A DNA stretch of 64,000 nt, from the NCBI GenBank assembly GCA_030429765.1, contig JAUIER010000002.1, positions 194,239 to 258,238 of the forward strand, written 5' to 3'. Below the pieces are notes generated by a model, which was given only the letters and a program-made list of their open reading frames with translations, made no database searches and was not told where the DNA came from. The stretch is from a bacterium. Lineage in GTDB: Bacteria > Omnitrophota > Gorgyraeia > Zapsychrales > Zapsychraceae. Below, piece by piece: positions 34,784-42,637 of the stretch (the stretch's first letter is position 1; each line of letters begins with the position of its first letter). Both the position numbers and the translations under genes were made by a program.

Positions 34784-36483
34784 TATGAATCTCCTTCCTG
34801 CCAGATCATTTTGTCCGTTATGTCGTTTGTAAAGGCGATGAAGGTGTTAAGTGACGGAAAGTACGGCGGAGCGTTTCCACTGGCCATCCGGTCGTCAAAG
34901 ACAAAATTACGTCCGTATCCCGCCAACTGTGTTCCGGTGGAGCCATTAAACAATCCAAAGGCGCCGTAATAGTCCGAGATAACGCCGCCCAGCAGAGTAG
35001 CTGTCCCGCGGCCGCCCACACTCTGGTTGTTATAGCTATCCACCTGAAGGATTCCGGCCTTGGCCAACACGGTTCCATGCACATTAATGTCATTCGGAGC
35101 GGTAGTCCCAATCCGCACGTCTCCATTCCATGTCACAAGCCCCAGCAAATTGTCAGCCCCATTCGCATGCGGAGCCACGTATCCGACTTGACCGGGTGTA
35201 CCCACCGCCGGCGTATAAGTTTGGTACTGAACGTGATCGCTGATGACAATATCATTATTGCTGGAAATTGTCAGGGCGGTATCCTGCTGGACCGTACCGC
35301 CCAAGCTGTCAATACTGCCATTGACATACACCACTGTCCCGACACCGTCCACACCGTCGGGGGTACCGCCATAGACGGCGGTTCCGCTGCTGGAATCTAC
35401 AACGGTTGTTTGGTTGTTCACTCGATCAACGGTAATGATTTTATTACTGCCGCCGGACGTGATGTTATAGACCGCGTTATTGCTGCCATCGACAGACATC
35501 GTAATACTGCTATTTCCCTCGACGTAAATCCCGCCGGTCAAACTCGTCCCGTTATTGGGAACGTACACTCCGTTGCCCGAAATAGTGGCCGTGCCACGGG
35601 CTTGATCGACCAAGTCCTGCTGCTGTGATGCCGACGACAATGATATCGCGCTCACATCCCGGTTGAATCCGGCATTAAATGTCGGGATATCCTCTGTCCC
35701 GTTGAAATCCGCGTCGAGCAGTATCGGAGATCCGCTGTTGTAAAATCTGGTTAACTGTTCGACCTGGTCCACCTGACCGTCAAAAATCCCGCTGGGGTTT
35801 AGGGCAATATTGTACCGTCCATTGGTATGCAGCGGACCGGCAAAATTGGTCTTTCCGGTAAACCACACATTGGTTCCGTTTGGCAATGTCTGCTGATTTG
35901 TAAACAACGCATACTTCGCAAAATTGTCCCGCTGAACCCTTACCGTAAAATCTCCCGATGTAACGACGTCCTTACCAATGGATTGAGAACTTCCCGATGC
36001 CACAATACGGTAGTTAAAAGGAAAATCCCATGAATCGGCGGTTACCACCTGCGGATTGGTTTTTTCAGAGATCACAATATCGTACTGATAGGAACCGCTG
36101 CCCAGGGATGCCGTTTGCGTATATTCCGCATCCACTCCGTTCAACGTTAAGGCCGGACTCCCGCCATTCTCGACAAAAGCAATCAAAAACCCCACTCCGT
36201 CATTACTTGAAACATAACTCGTTGTCTGCGACACAAGTGTCGACGGGTTAGTGGCATTAACCGTATTGAGCATGTAGTTATTGATCAGCGTGTCGAGTCC
36301 ATCCAGCGCGGCCTTGGCACCAGCCTCGGCAATGTAGAACGACTTAGCCATATCCAACTCTTTTTGAGCAATTCTACTCTCATGAATCGTTCGCAGAATA
36401 AATACACTGCTAAATCCCAATAAAACCACCACGATAAAAAGTGAAATAATAAGTGCAACCCCTCGTTCGTTATTAAGTCTCAT
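34783..36483 (-). CDS. PilX N-terminal domain protein, putative pilus tip or adhesin component
   Basis: The N-terminus MRLNNERGVALIISLFIVVVLLG matches the PilX_N pattern, with no Glu at +5. It is followed by a 500-aa Gly/Thr/Asn/Ser-rich region. Confidence 0.6.
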   Translation of the reverse strand: MRLNNERGVALIISLFIVVVLLGFSSVFILRTIHESRIAQKELDMAKSFYIAEAGAKAALDGLDTLINNYMLNTVNATNPSTLVSQTTSYVSSNDGVGFLIAFVENGGSPALTLNGVDAEYTQTASLGSGSYQYDIVISEKTNPQVVTADSWDFPFNYRIVASGSSQSIGKDVVTSGDFTVRVQRDNFAKYALFTNQQTLPNGTNVWFTGKTNFAGPLHTNGRYNIALNPSGIFDGQVDQVEQLTRFYNSGSPILLDADFNGTEDIPTFNAGFNRDVSAISLSSASQQQDLVDQARGTATISGNGVYVPNNGTSLTGGIYVEGNSSITMSVDGSNNAVYNITSGGSNKIITVDRVNNQTTVVDSSSGTAVYGGTPDGVDGVGTVVYVNGSIDSLGGTVQQDTALTISSNNDIVISDHVQYQTYTPAVGTPGQVGYVAPHANGADNLLGLVTWNGDVRIGTTAPNDINVHGTVLAKAGILQVDSYNNQSVGGRGTATLLGGVISDYYGAFGLFNGSTGTQLAGYGRNFVFDDRMASGNAPPYFPSLNTFIAFTNDITDKMIWQEGDS

Positions 36484-36487
36484 ATCG

Positions 36488-37162
36488 TCACCCCCTGTTT
36501 CGTAGCAGAACGTCCAAGCTGTCTGTCGTGGTTATCGCACGATTGTTATTGGTCGTACCCGAAGCCGTCACCGTTAAGGTAACGACATTGGAATCACCGC
36601 TAAGTACGGCCTGAAAGTTTGTAATATTCTGAGCGAATACGTCTGTCCGGACAACCGCATTTGATGCGTCCCTTACCCGACGCTCAAGCTGATTGTTGGC
36701 ATTGATACCGTATTCGAGGTAACTGTAATCCACAGTGGTGCAGTCATTGTCGGCATCCATACAGGTGGAATCTGTACATCCGAATGTCAGGGGAGCGCCC
36801 CAGTTGGCAACATCACCGTTGGCATCGATAATACTCCCGGTCGATTCGCAGATGACCGGCATAAAAAATTGAAGAACATCCGTGGAATTTGGTCCCGTGT
36901 TATCATTGATCGTGACCTGCATCGCTCCGGTATTGTCAGAGCCGGACTCTCTCAGCTCTTTAGAAATCCTTTCAATGGTAAAGCGTAGATTTTCCTGAAG
37001 CTCAATTTGTGTCGCCGTAATCGCCCAACTGTTTTGCCCCGCACTCATCGACATAAATACGCCGCCAAACATGGCCAGAAATATGGCCACGGCTACTACC
37101 AGCTCCATCAGGCTCAAACCTTTATCCGATTGTATGAGATTACGCTGTTTCATTTTTCTCAC
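36488..37162 (-). CDS. type IV minor pilin (PilW-like), prepilin-type N-terminus
   Basis: A 15-aa leader, then G|LSLMELVVAVAIF; 224 aa. Confidence 0.65.
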   Translation of the reverse strand: MRKMKQRNLIQSDKGLSLMELVVAVAIFLAMFGGVFMSMSAGQNSWAITATQIELQENLRFTIERISKELRESGSDNTGAMQVTINDNTGPNSTDVLQFFMPVICESTGSIIDANGDVANWGAPLTFGCTDSTCMDADNDCTTVDYSYLEYGINANNQLERRVRDASNAVVRTDVFAQNITNFQAVLSGDSNVVTLTVTASGTTNNNRAITTTDSLDVLLRNRG

Positions 37163-37627
37163 CTATTCGTTGTACACAAACGTTACTAATTGCACGGTAG
37201 AATCAATCATCCCATTTCCGTTTGAATCTTCGCCGGCGTTCAGCACACCGTTGATATTCTGATCTTCTCCGACGACCAATCCATTCTTTTGCTGCCAACA
37301 GAATGATACCGTCACCTGCAACAAGTCCGGATCGGTATTATCAACATATGAAACGCCTGCTCCGTTGATATTCCCATCAAAAAATGGAACATTGTTGTAG
37401 GTCGCGAGGACCAGATTAAAATCCGTGTTTCGAATTTGCTCCATCCTACTTTTTGCAGCCCGTGTGGCCAGCGACTTGTTCTGTGACATCTCGTTGAGCT
37501 CCTGACACCGAATGTATGTCAGGATTATCCCGACAAAGGCCAGGATCATAATGACGGCCGCCACCATAATTTCGGCCAAGGCAAACCCATCCTCCTTTCG
37601 ACATTGTCTAACACCAAACTTTTTCAT
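37163..37627 (-). CDS. type IV minor pilin (PilV-like), prepilin-type N-terminus
   Basis: A 14-aa leader, then G|FALAEIMVAAVIM; 154 aa. Confidence 0.65.
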   Translation of the reverse strand: MKKFGVRQCRKEDGFALAEIMVAAVIMILAFVGIILTYIRCQELNEMSQNKSLATRAAKSRMEQIRNTDFNLVLATYNNVPFFDGNINGAGVSYVDNTDPDLLQVTVSFCWQQKNGLVVGEDQNINGVLNAGEDSNGNGMIDSTVQLVTFVYNE

Positions 37628-37651
37628 TTTTGACCACCTTCATCCCGGCGA

Positions 37652-37686
37652 TAAAAAGGGGAGCTTGGTCTAAACCAAAGCTCCCC
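37652..37686 (-). terminator. rho-independent terminator or attenuator immediately downstream of the major pilin gene
   Basis: Minus strand: GGGGAGCUUUGG-loop-CCAAGCUCCCC followed by UUUUU. Confidence 0.5.
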
Positions 37687-37713
37687 TCATAGTACTCAAC
37701 TGTAACGCTCTGG

Positions 37714-38115
37714 TTACGGTGTCAGAATCCCACCGGTTGTAACTGTATAGACTGTTGTACCTGACGTTCCGACTGTTACCGGCGTCGCTGTAAACGTGTA
37801 CGCTCCGGCGTTCATTGTCGTACACGCATACGTGTAACCACTTCGCGCTGTACCGTCACAGAAGTCTTCGTTCAGATACGATGGTGTCGCCCCTGTCAAT
37901 GATGACATGTTAAGCGGGTAGCTACCATTGTTGGCTGTCGCATAAGTTTCAGAAGCTGTTGACATTGAACGCAATGTACTTTGCGCCAACGCATCGTTCG
38001 CTGAGATCTTAGCGCGTAGCAAGTTTGGAATAGCGATCGCGGCTAACAGAGCGATAATCGCAACTACGATCATGATTTCAACCAGCGTAAAACCTTTTTG
38101 ATTTAGTCTTTTCAT
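37714..38115 (-). CDS. pilA: type IV major pilin (PilA-like)
   Basis: An 8-aa leader MKRLNQKG, then FTLVEIMIVVAIIALLAAIAIPN, and a C-terminal Cys pair (FCDG...YAC); 133 aa. A strong AAGGAGG Shine-Dalgarno site precedes it. Confidence 0.8.
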   Translation of the reverse strand: MKRLNQKGFTLVEIMIVVAIIALLAAIAIPNLLRAKISANDALAQSTLRSMSTASETYATANNGSYPLNMSSLTGATPSYLNEDFCDGTARSGYTYACTTMNAGAYTFTATPVTVGTSGTTVYTVTTGGILTP

Positions 38116-38251
38116 TTCTTTTCCTCCTTGTGAATTCCGAGTCGTAAGTTAGGACGGAATTCCAGCGGAATTATGAAGGAATGATAACATGCACCCATAC
38201 CGAAATAACCGTAAACTATTGACTCAATTTGAATTACGTTAATTTAAATAA

Positions 38252-38280
38252 ATCTTAACGCCATGAATCCGAACTGTCAA
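38252..38280 (-). promoter_or_regulatory. putative sigma70-type promoter of the major pilin gene
   Basis: Minus strand: TTGACA, a 17-nt spacer, then TAAGAT, about 135 nt upstream of the pilin ATG. Found by eye only. Confidence 0.3.
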
Positions 38281-38318
38281 TTCATTAGCGAGATATTTAT
38301 TTCCTGTAAAAGAGCAAT

Positions 38319-38349
38319 AAAAAAACCTATTTTCCATCCGGAAAATAGG
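38319..38349 (-). terminator. rho-independent terminator ending the pilB-pilC-coiled-coil operon
   Basis: A perfect 10-bp stem CCUAUUUUCC/GGAAAAUAGG with a 4-nt loop, followed by UUUUUUU on the minus strand. Confidence 0.55.
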
Positions 38350-38521
38350 CACTTAGCCATGATGCTCAATGGCTGATTCGCGGTAACTGGCTACCCTTGC
38401 ATTTCCTTATGCGGAGGGCCCTATAGCTTTGTGCCCCAACCTTTCGGATGGTTTACCTTTGTCACGAGGACAAATTGTAAGTCAATTGAAGTATAACACC
38501 CAATTTTACGGCTGTCAAACC

Positions 38522-39499
38522 TCATTGCTGAGAAATATTACCCGTATTGTTCAAACGCTCCCAATCGGACTCTAGCCGCGAAAATCGGCTCTTGAGCTGT
38601 TTGTTCTCCTGCTCAATAAAAGTCAGATTCTCCATCAGCATTTCGAGCTCCTGCTCAGAAATAGTGAAATCAATATTGTTCGTCCGGATCTTTGTGGTGG
38701 CCTTGTCTAGGACCTTTTCAAGGTTCCGCCCTTTGGAGCGAAGATCCGCGATACGTCCCTGGATCTGCCGGATAAATGATTCATTCTGACTATCAAGCCG
38801 CTTGATCGTAGCCGTCAACTCTTCTTTCTCCGCGTCACTATCCTTCATATACGTCTCCAGCAAGGTCTGCTTCTGCCGCAACAGATTATTCGCCTTACGC
38901 AGAGCTTGATAGCGGCCGATCATTCCGCCCTGCTCAATCTCAATGTCTTCCACACGCCGGTTGAGCTCCTCCAGATTGATTTGGCTCACCTCCAGCTTGG
39001 CCCGTAACTGCTGCTGAAGCTGCTGTTCCGATTTGATTTCCGGCGTGGCCCCACTCAGCTGGTCCCGTAAACTCTTGATCTCCGCCTTGGCCTTCTCAAT
39101 GGCCCGCATCAACTCCACCTCTTCACCGGACTTGGCCTGCAATCGTTCCTGTAAAACTGAAGATCCCGACACGTCTGACCGCTGGATCATTGATGACTGA
39201 CTATCACCCGACGTCGCCGTACCCCCTAAATCTCGAACCCGGCTGGCCCGGTATCGGGACTGCTCCCTGGGCTGCATCGCCTGCGTGCGAGTACGTTCAA
39301 TCAGTTGTTCAAGACGCTTGATTTCCTGCTCGAGCCAAACATTGCGCTGTCGAACCATCTCGGCACTGTCCCTGAGATTGTTCAGACTGATCGATAAGGA
39401 CTCGTCCGGTGAAATGTTCCACTGACCTTGAGCGTAAACATTGACCCCCGACAATAACGCAACCAGCACCAAAAAAGTTATGGATGATGACTTTATCAT
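38522..39499 (-). CDS. secreted coiled-coil protein of unknown function, co-transcribed with pilC
   Basis: Signal peptide MIKSSSITFLVLVALLSGVNVYAQG, then about 300 aa of heptad-rich sequence. I can see no catalytic motif. Its ATG lies 2 nt after the pilC stop. Confidence 0.5.
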   Translation of the reverse strand: MIKSSSITFLVLVALLSGVNVYAQGQWNISPDESLSISLNNLRDSAEMVRQRNVWLEQEIKRLEQLIERTRTQAMQPREQSRYRASRVRDLGGTATSGDSQSSMIQRSDVSGSSVLQERLQAKSGEEVELMRAIEKAKAEIKSLRDQLSGATPEIKSEQQLQQQLRAKLEVSQINLEELNRRVEDIEIEQGGMIGRYQALRKANNLLRQKQTLLETYMKDSDAEKEELTATIKRLDSQNESFIRQIQGRIADLRSKGRNLEKVLDKATTKIRTNNIDFTISEQELEMLMENLTFIEQENKQLKSRFSRLESDWERLNNTGNISQQ

Positions 39500-39501
39500 G
39501 A

Positions 39502-40707
39502 TTAGATAATTTGGGTGATATTCATAATCGGCATGAATAAGGCGATAACGATGTATCCAATGACAATCCCCAGAACTCCGATGATCAGCGGTTCGATAAT
39601 ACTCGTCAAACCTTCCACCGCCGCATCGACCTGGTCATCGTAAAATTCCGAGATCTTCAGGAGCATTTTTTCCAGCTGACCGGACTTTTCACCAATAGCA
39701 ATCATCCGGGTCACCATCGGCGGAAACACACCGCTCTTGGTTAGCGGCGGAGCGATACTCTCCCCCCCGCGGACGTTGTTCTTGACGTCATCGACAACCA
39801 ACTCCAATACGCGGTTGCCGATCGTCTTGCCGACAATATCCAGCGATTCCAGGATGGGCACCCCGCTCTGGATCAGCGTGGCTAATGTCCGGCTAAATCG
39901 GCTGATTGCGACCTTCCGCAACAAGTCCCCGAATATCGGAAGCTTCAGCGTCGCCCCATCGAGAATGATTGCGCCGCGTTCGGTCTTGTGCCATTGCTTA
40001 AGAAGAAACACCAGACCTATAATTCCACCGATAACGAACAACAAATATTCTTTAAGAATGTTACTGACCGTAATCAAACCCTGGGTCATAGCCGGCAGCT
40101 CCGAATCAAACGATTCATAAATCCCGGCAAAAGTCGGTACAACCTTGACGAGTAGAATAACGGTGATGATGATCGACATCGAGACAACAACCGCCGGATA
40201 AATCAGCGCGGATTTGACTTTCCGCTTAAGCCGGAGGGTTTTCTCCATATAGAAGGAAACACGGTCTAATACCTTTGACAGGACCCCACCGGTCTCCCCG
40301 ACCCGCACCATATTGACAAACAGCGTATCAAAGACGCTGGGATGTTTTGAAAATGCGACAGACAACGCGCTCCCGTGTGCGATATCTTCGGCAACTGTCC
40401 CAAGGACTTTCTTGAACATCGGATGCGTCACCTGATCCTGCAGGGCATCTAACCCCTGAACAATCGGAATCCCCGCGTCGACCATGGTGGCCAGCTGACG
40501 GGAAAATATAACAATTTCTTCGGGCTTGACCTTCTTGCCCTTAATCGTCGACTTCTTCTTCGCCGTCTCCTTCACCTCATTAATAGAGATGATAATCAGA
40601 TTGCGTTTTCGAAGCTCGGAAATCACAGCGTTCTTGTCGTCAGCTGAAATTTTTCCGGAAATACTTTTTGATTCTTGATTTTTGGCGACGTACTTGAACG
40701 TACCCAT
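39502..40707 (-). CDS. pilC: type IV pilus platform protein PilC (GspF family)
   Basis: Two GspF repeats and three TM segments. I prefer the start MGTFKYVAKN at 40707, where an AAAGG Shine-Dalgarno site sits 6 nt upstream. The track start at 40758 is a GTG run-on. Confidence 0.85.
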   Translation of the reverse strand: MGTFKYVAKNQESKSISGKISADDKNAVISELRKRNLIIISINEVKETAKKKSTIKGKKVKPEEIVIFSRQLATMVDAGIPIVQGLDALQDQVTHPMFKKVLGTVAEDIAHGSALSVAFSKHPSVFDTLFVNMVRVGETGGVLSKVLDRVSFYMEKTLRLKRKVKSALIYPAVVVSMSIIITVILLVKVVPTFAGIYESFDSELPAMTQGLITVSNILKEYLLFVIGGIIGLVFLLKQWHKTERGAIILDGATLKLPIFGDLLRKVAISRFSRTLATLIQSGVPILESLDIVGKTIGNRVLELVVDDVKNNVRGGESIAPPLTKSGVFPPMVTRMIAIGEKSGQLEKMLLKISEFYDDQVDAAVEGLTSIIEPLIIGVLGIVIGYIVIALFMPIMNITQII

Positions 40708-40919
40708 AGGCATCCTTTGGTAGGAACAACATTCGGCCTGACAGCTTCGTATACCCACTTCAAGTATAATGGCTGTTTCGCTTTTGGCAAATGCCGTTCA
40801 CCATAGTGTCCGCTGCTGAAGCGGACACAATTCCGACAATATATTATTCTAGCATTATTTAATTCGAAGAAAACAATGAAAGTGAATACTTTTCAATCAG
40901 TTGCGGTAATATCCCATGA

Positions 40920-42629
40920 CTAGTCGCTGGCCGTGACCCGTAAAACTTCATCCAACGTTGTATCGCCGCGCACACACTTTTGCATGGCATCTTCGAATAA
41001 CGTAGTCATCCCGTTCTCGCGCCGGGCATACTCCTTAATGGCGTCCGAGGATTCCCCCTTCAGCAATAAGGTGCGGATTTCATCATTCACCTCCAGCATC
41101 TCGGTAATCCCCAGCCGCCCCTTGTATCCGGATTGACGGCATTGATCACAACCCGCTCCTTCAAAAAACTTGTCTTCCGGTCGCAGCGTGTAACCCATCG
41201 TATTCAGCAAATCATGCGGAATATCAATCTCTTTGCGACATGACGAGCACAGTCGCCGGAACAGCCGCTGGGCACTGATCAGGAACAAACTTGAAGCCAC
41301 AAGGAACGGTTCGACATCCATATCCACCAGTCGGGTCAACGCGCTGGCCGCGTCGTTGGTGTGAAGCGTGGAAAATACCAATTGACCGGTCAAAGACGCC
41401 TTGATCGCGATATCGGCCGTTTCTCCGTCACGGATCTCCCCGACCATAACGACGTCAGGACTCTGCCGCAAAATGGCCCGCAATCCTTCCGCGAAAGTCA
41501 GCCCGATGTCCGGCCGGGCCTGAATCTGCGTCAGCCCCTCGATCAAATATTCCACCGGATCTTCAACCGTGATGACGTTTTTATCCACGGTATTTAACAG
41601 ACTGATCAAAGAGTACAGCGTGGTCGACTTTCCGCTTCCGGTAGGCCCGGTCACGAGCATCATCCCGAACGGTTTAACCGTGGCTTCTTCCAGAATGGTG
41701 AGAGCTCGATCATTGAAGCCCAACCCTTTGAGCCCCACCGACAGACTCCCTTTATCCAAAACCCGCATGACAATCTTTTCACCAAAGGTCGTCGGCAGCA
41801 ATGACACCCGAAAATCCACTTCCTTATTTGCAATCTTGAGCTTGAACCGTCCGTCCTGAGGAATGTGCGCCATCGTGATATCCAGCCGCGACATAATCTT
41901 GATACGGACCACGACCGCATTCTGATTTTCCTTGGGGATATCTAAAATATTATTAAGAACACCATCAATCCGATACCGCACCTTCATCCCGTCGATCTTG
42001 GGTTCGATGTGAATGTCGGAGGCCCGCTGCTTGAGCGCTTCCTTAATAATCAGATTGACCATACGGATAATCGGCGCCTTCTCACTTTCATCAACCGAGC
42101 TATCCAGATCGTTTTCCTGATCTTCCTCGGAGATAATCTCGAAGTCGTCGACATCAATATCCTTACTGATATCCATGACGGTTGTCTCCAACCCGCCGCC
42201 ATAATAGGAGTCAATCACTTTACCGATTTCCTCATGCGTACTCATTACGATATCAATATCTTTACCCGTGATATTCTTCAAGTCGTCAACGACAAAAATA
42301 TTAAGTGGATCTGACACAGCAATGGTCAGTGAATCCTCGAGCAGAGACAGCGGGATGATACCATACTGACGGGATATTTTCTCAGGGATAATTTCCTGCA
42401 ACGCCGGATCAATTTTATACTTGGATAGATTGATAAACGGGATATTCAGTTCACGGACGAGGATGACCAGCAGATCTTTTTCCTTGATCAACCCCTTCTC
42501 GACTAGTGCTTTTTCCAGACTGATACCACGCTGCTTCTGAAGAATCATGGCATCTTCAATGTCCTCACGTCGAACCTTTTTGGTCTCGATAAGAGTGTTA
42601 ATCAATCTGTCTTTTAATGTCTTTGACAT
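40920..42629 (-). CDS. pilB: type IV pilus assembly ATPase PilB (GspE family)
   Basis: 569 aa: T2SSE_N domain, Walker A GPTGSGKST, and a tetracysteine motif CSSC...CDQC. Confidence 0.9.
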   Translation of the reverse strand: MSKTLKDRLINTLIETKKVRREDIEDAMILQKQRGISLEKALVEKGLIKEKDLLVILVRELNIPFINLSKYKIDPALQEIIPEKISRQYGIIPLSLLEDSLTIAVSDPLNIFVVDDLKNITGKDIDIVMSTHEEIGKVIDSYYGGGLETTVMDISKDIDVDDFEIISEEDQENDLDSSVDESEKAPIIRMVNLIIKEALKQRASDIHIEPKIDGMKVRYRIDGVLNNILDIPKENQNAVVVRIKIMSRLDITMAHIPQDGRFKLKIANKEVDFRVSLLPTTFGEKIVMRVLDKGSLSVGLKGLGFNDRALTILEEATVKPFGMMLVTGPTGSGKSTTLYSLISLLNTVDKNVITVEDPVEYLIEGLTQIQARPDIGLTFAEGLRAILRQSPDVVMVGEIRDGETADIAIKASLTGQLVFSTLHTNDAASALTRLVDMDVEPFLVASSLFLISAQRLFRRLCSSCRKEIDIPHDLLNTMGYTLRPEDKFFEGAGCDQCRQSGYKGRLGITEMLEVNDEIRTLLLKGESSDAIKEYARRENGMTTLFEDAMQKCVRGDTTLDEVLRVTASD

Positions 42630-42637
42630 ACTCTTTC

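Noticed and set aside
38388-38407. A sigma54-like element, TGGCTACCCTTGCA, on the plus strand upstream of the pilin gene
   Set aside because: The GG to GC spacing is 8 nt rather than 10. It also lies on the plus strand, so it would transcribe away from every gene in the region. I found no correctly oriented GG-N10-GC element.
40708-40758. Longer PilC N-terminus (MGIRSCQAECCSYQR...) starting from a GTG
   Set aside because: PilC homology begins at MGTFKYVAKN. That start has an AAAGG Shine-Dalgarno site at the correct spacing, while the upstream GTG has no ribosome-binding site.
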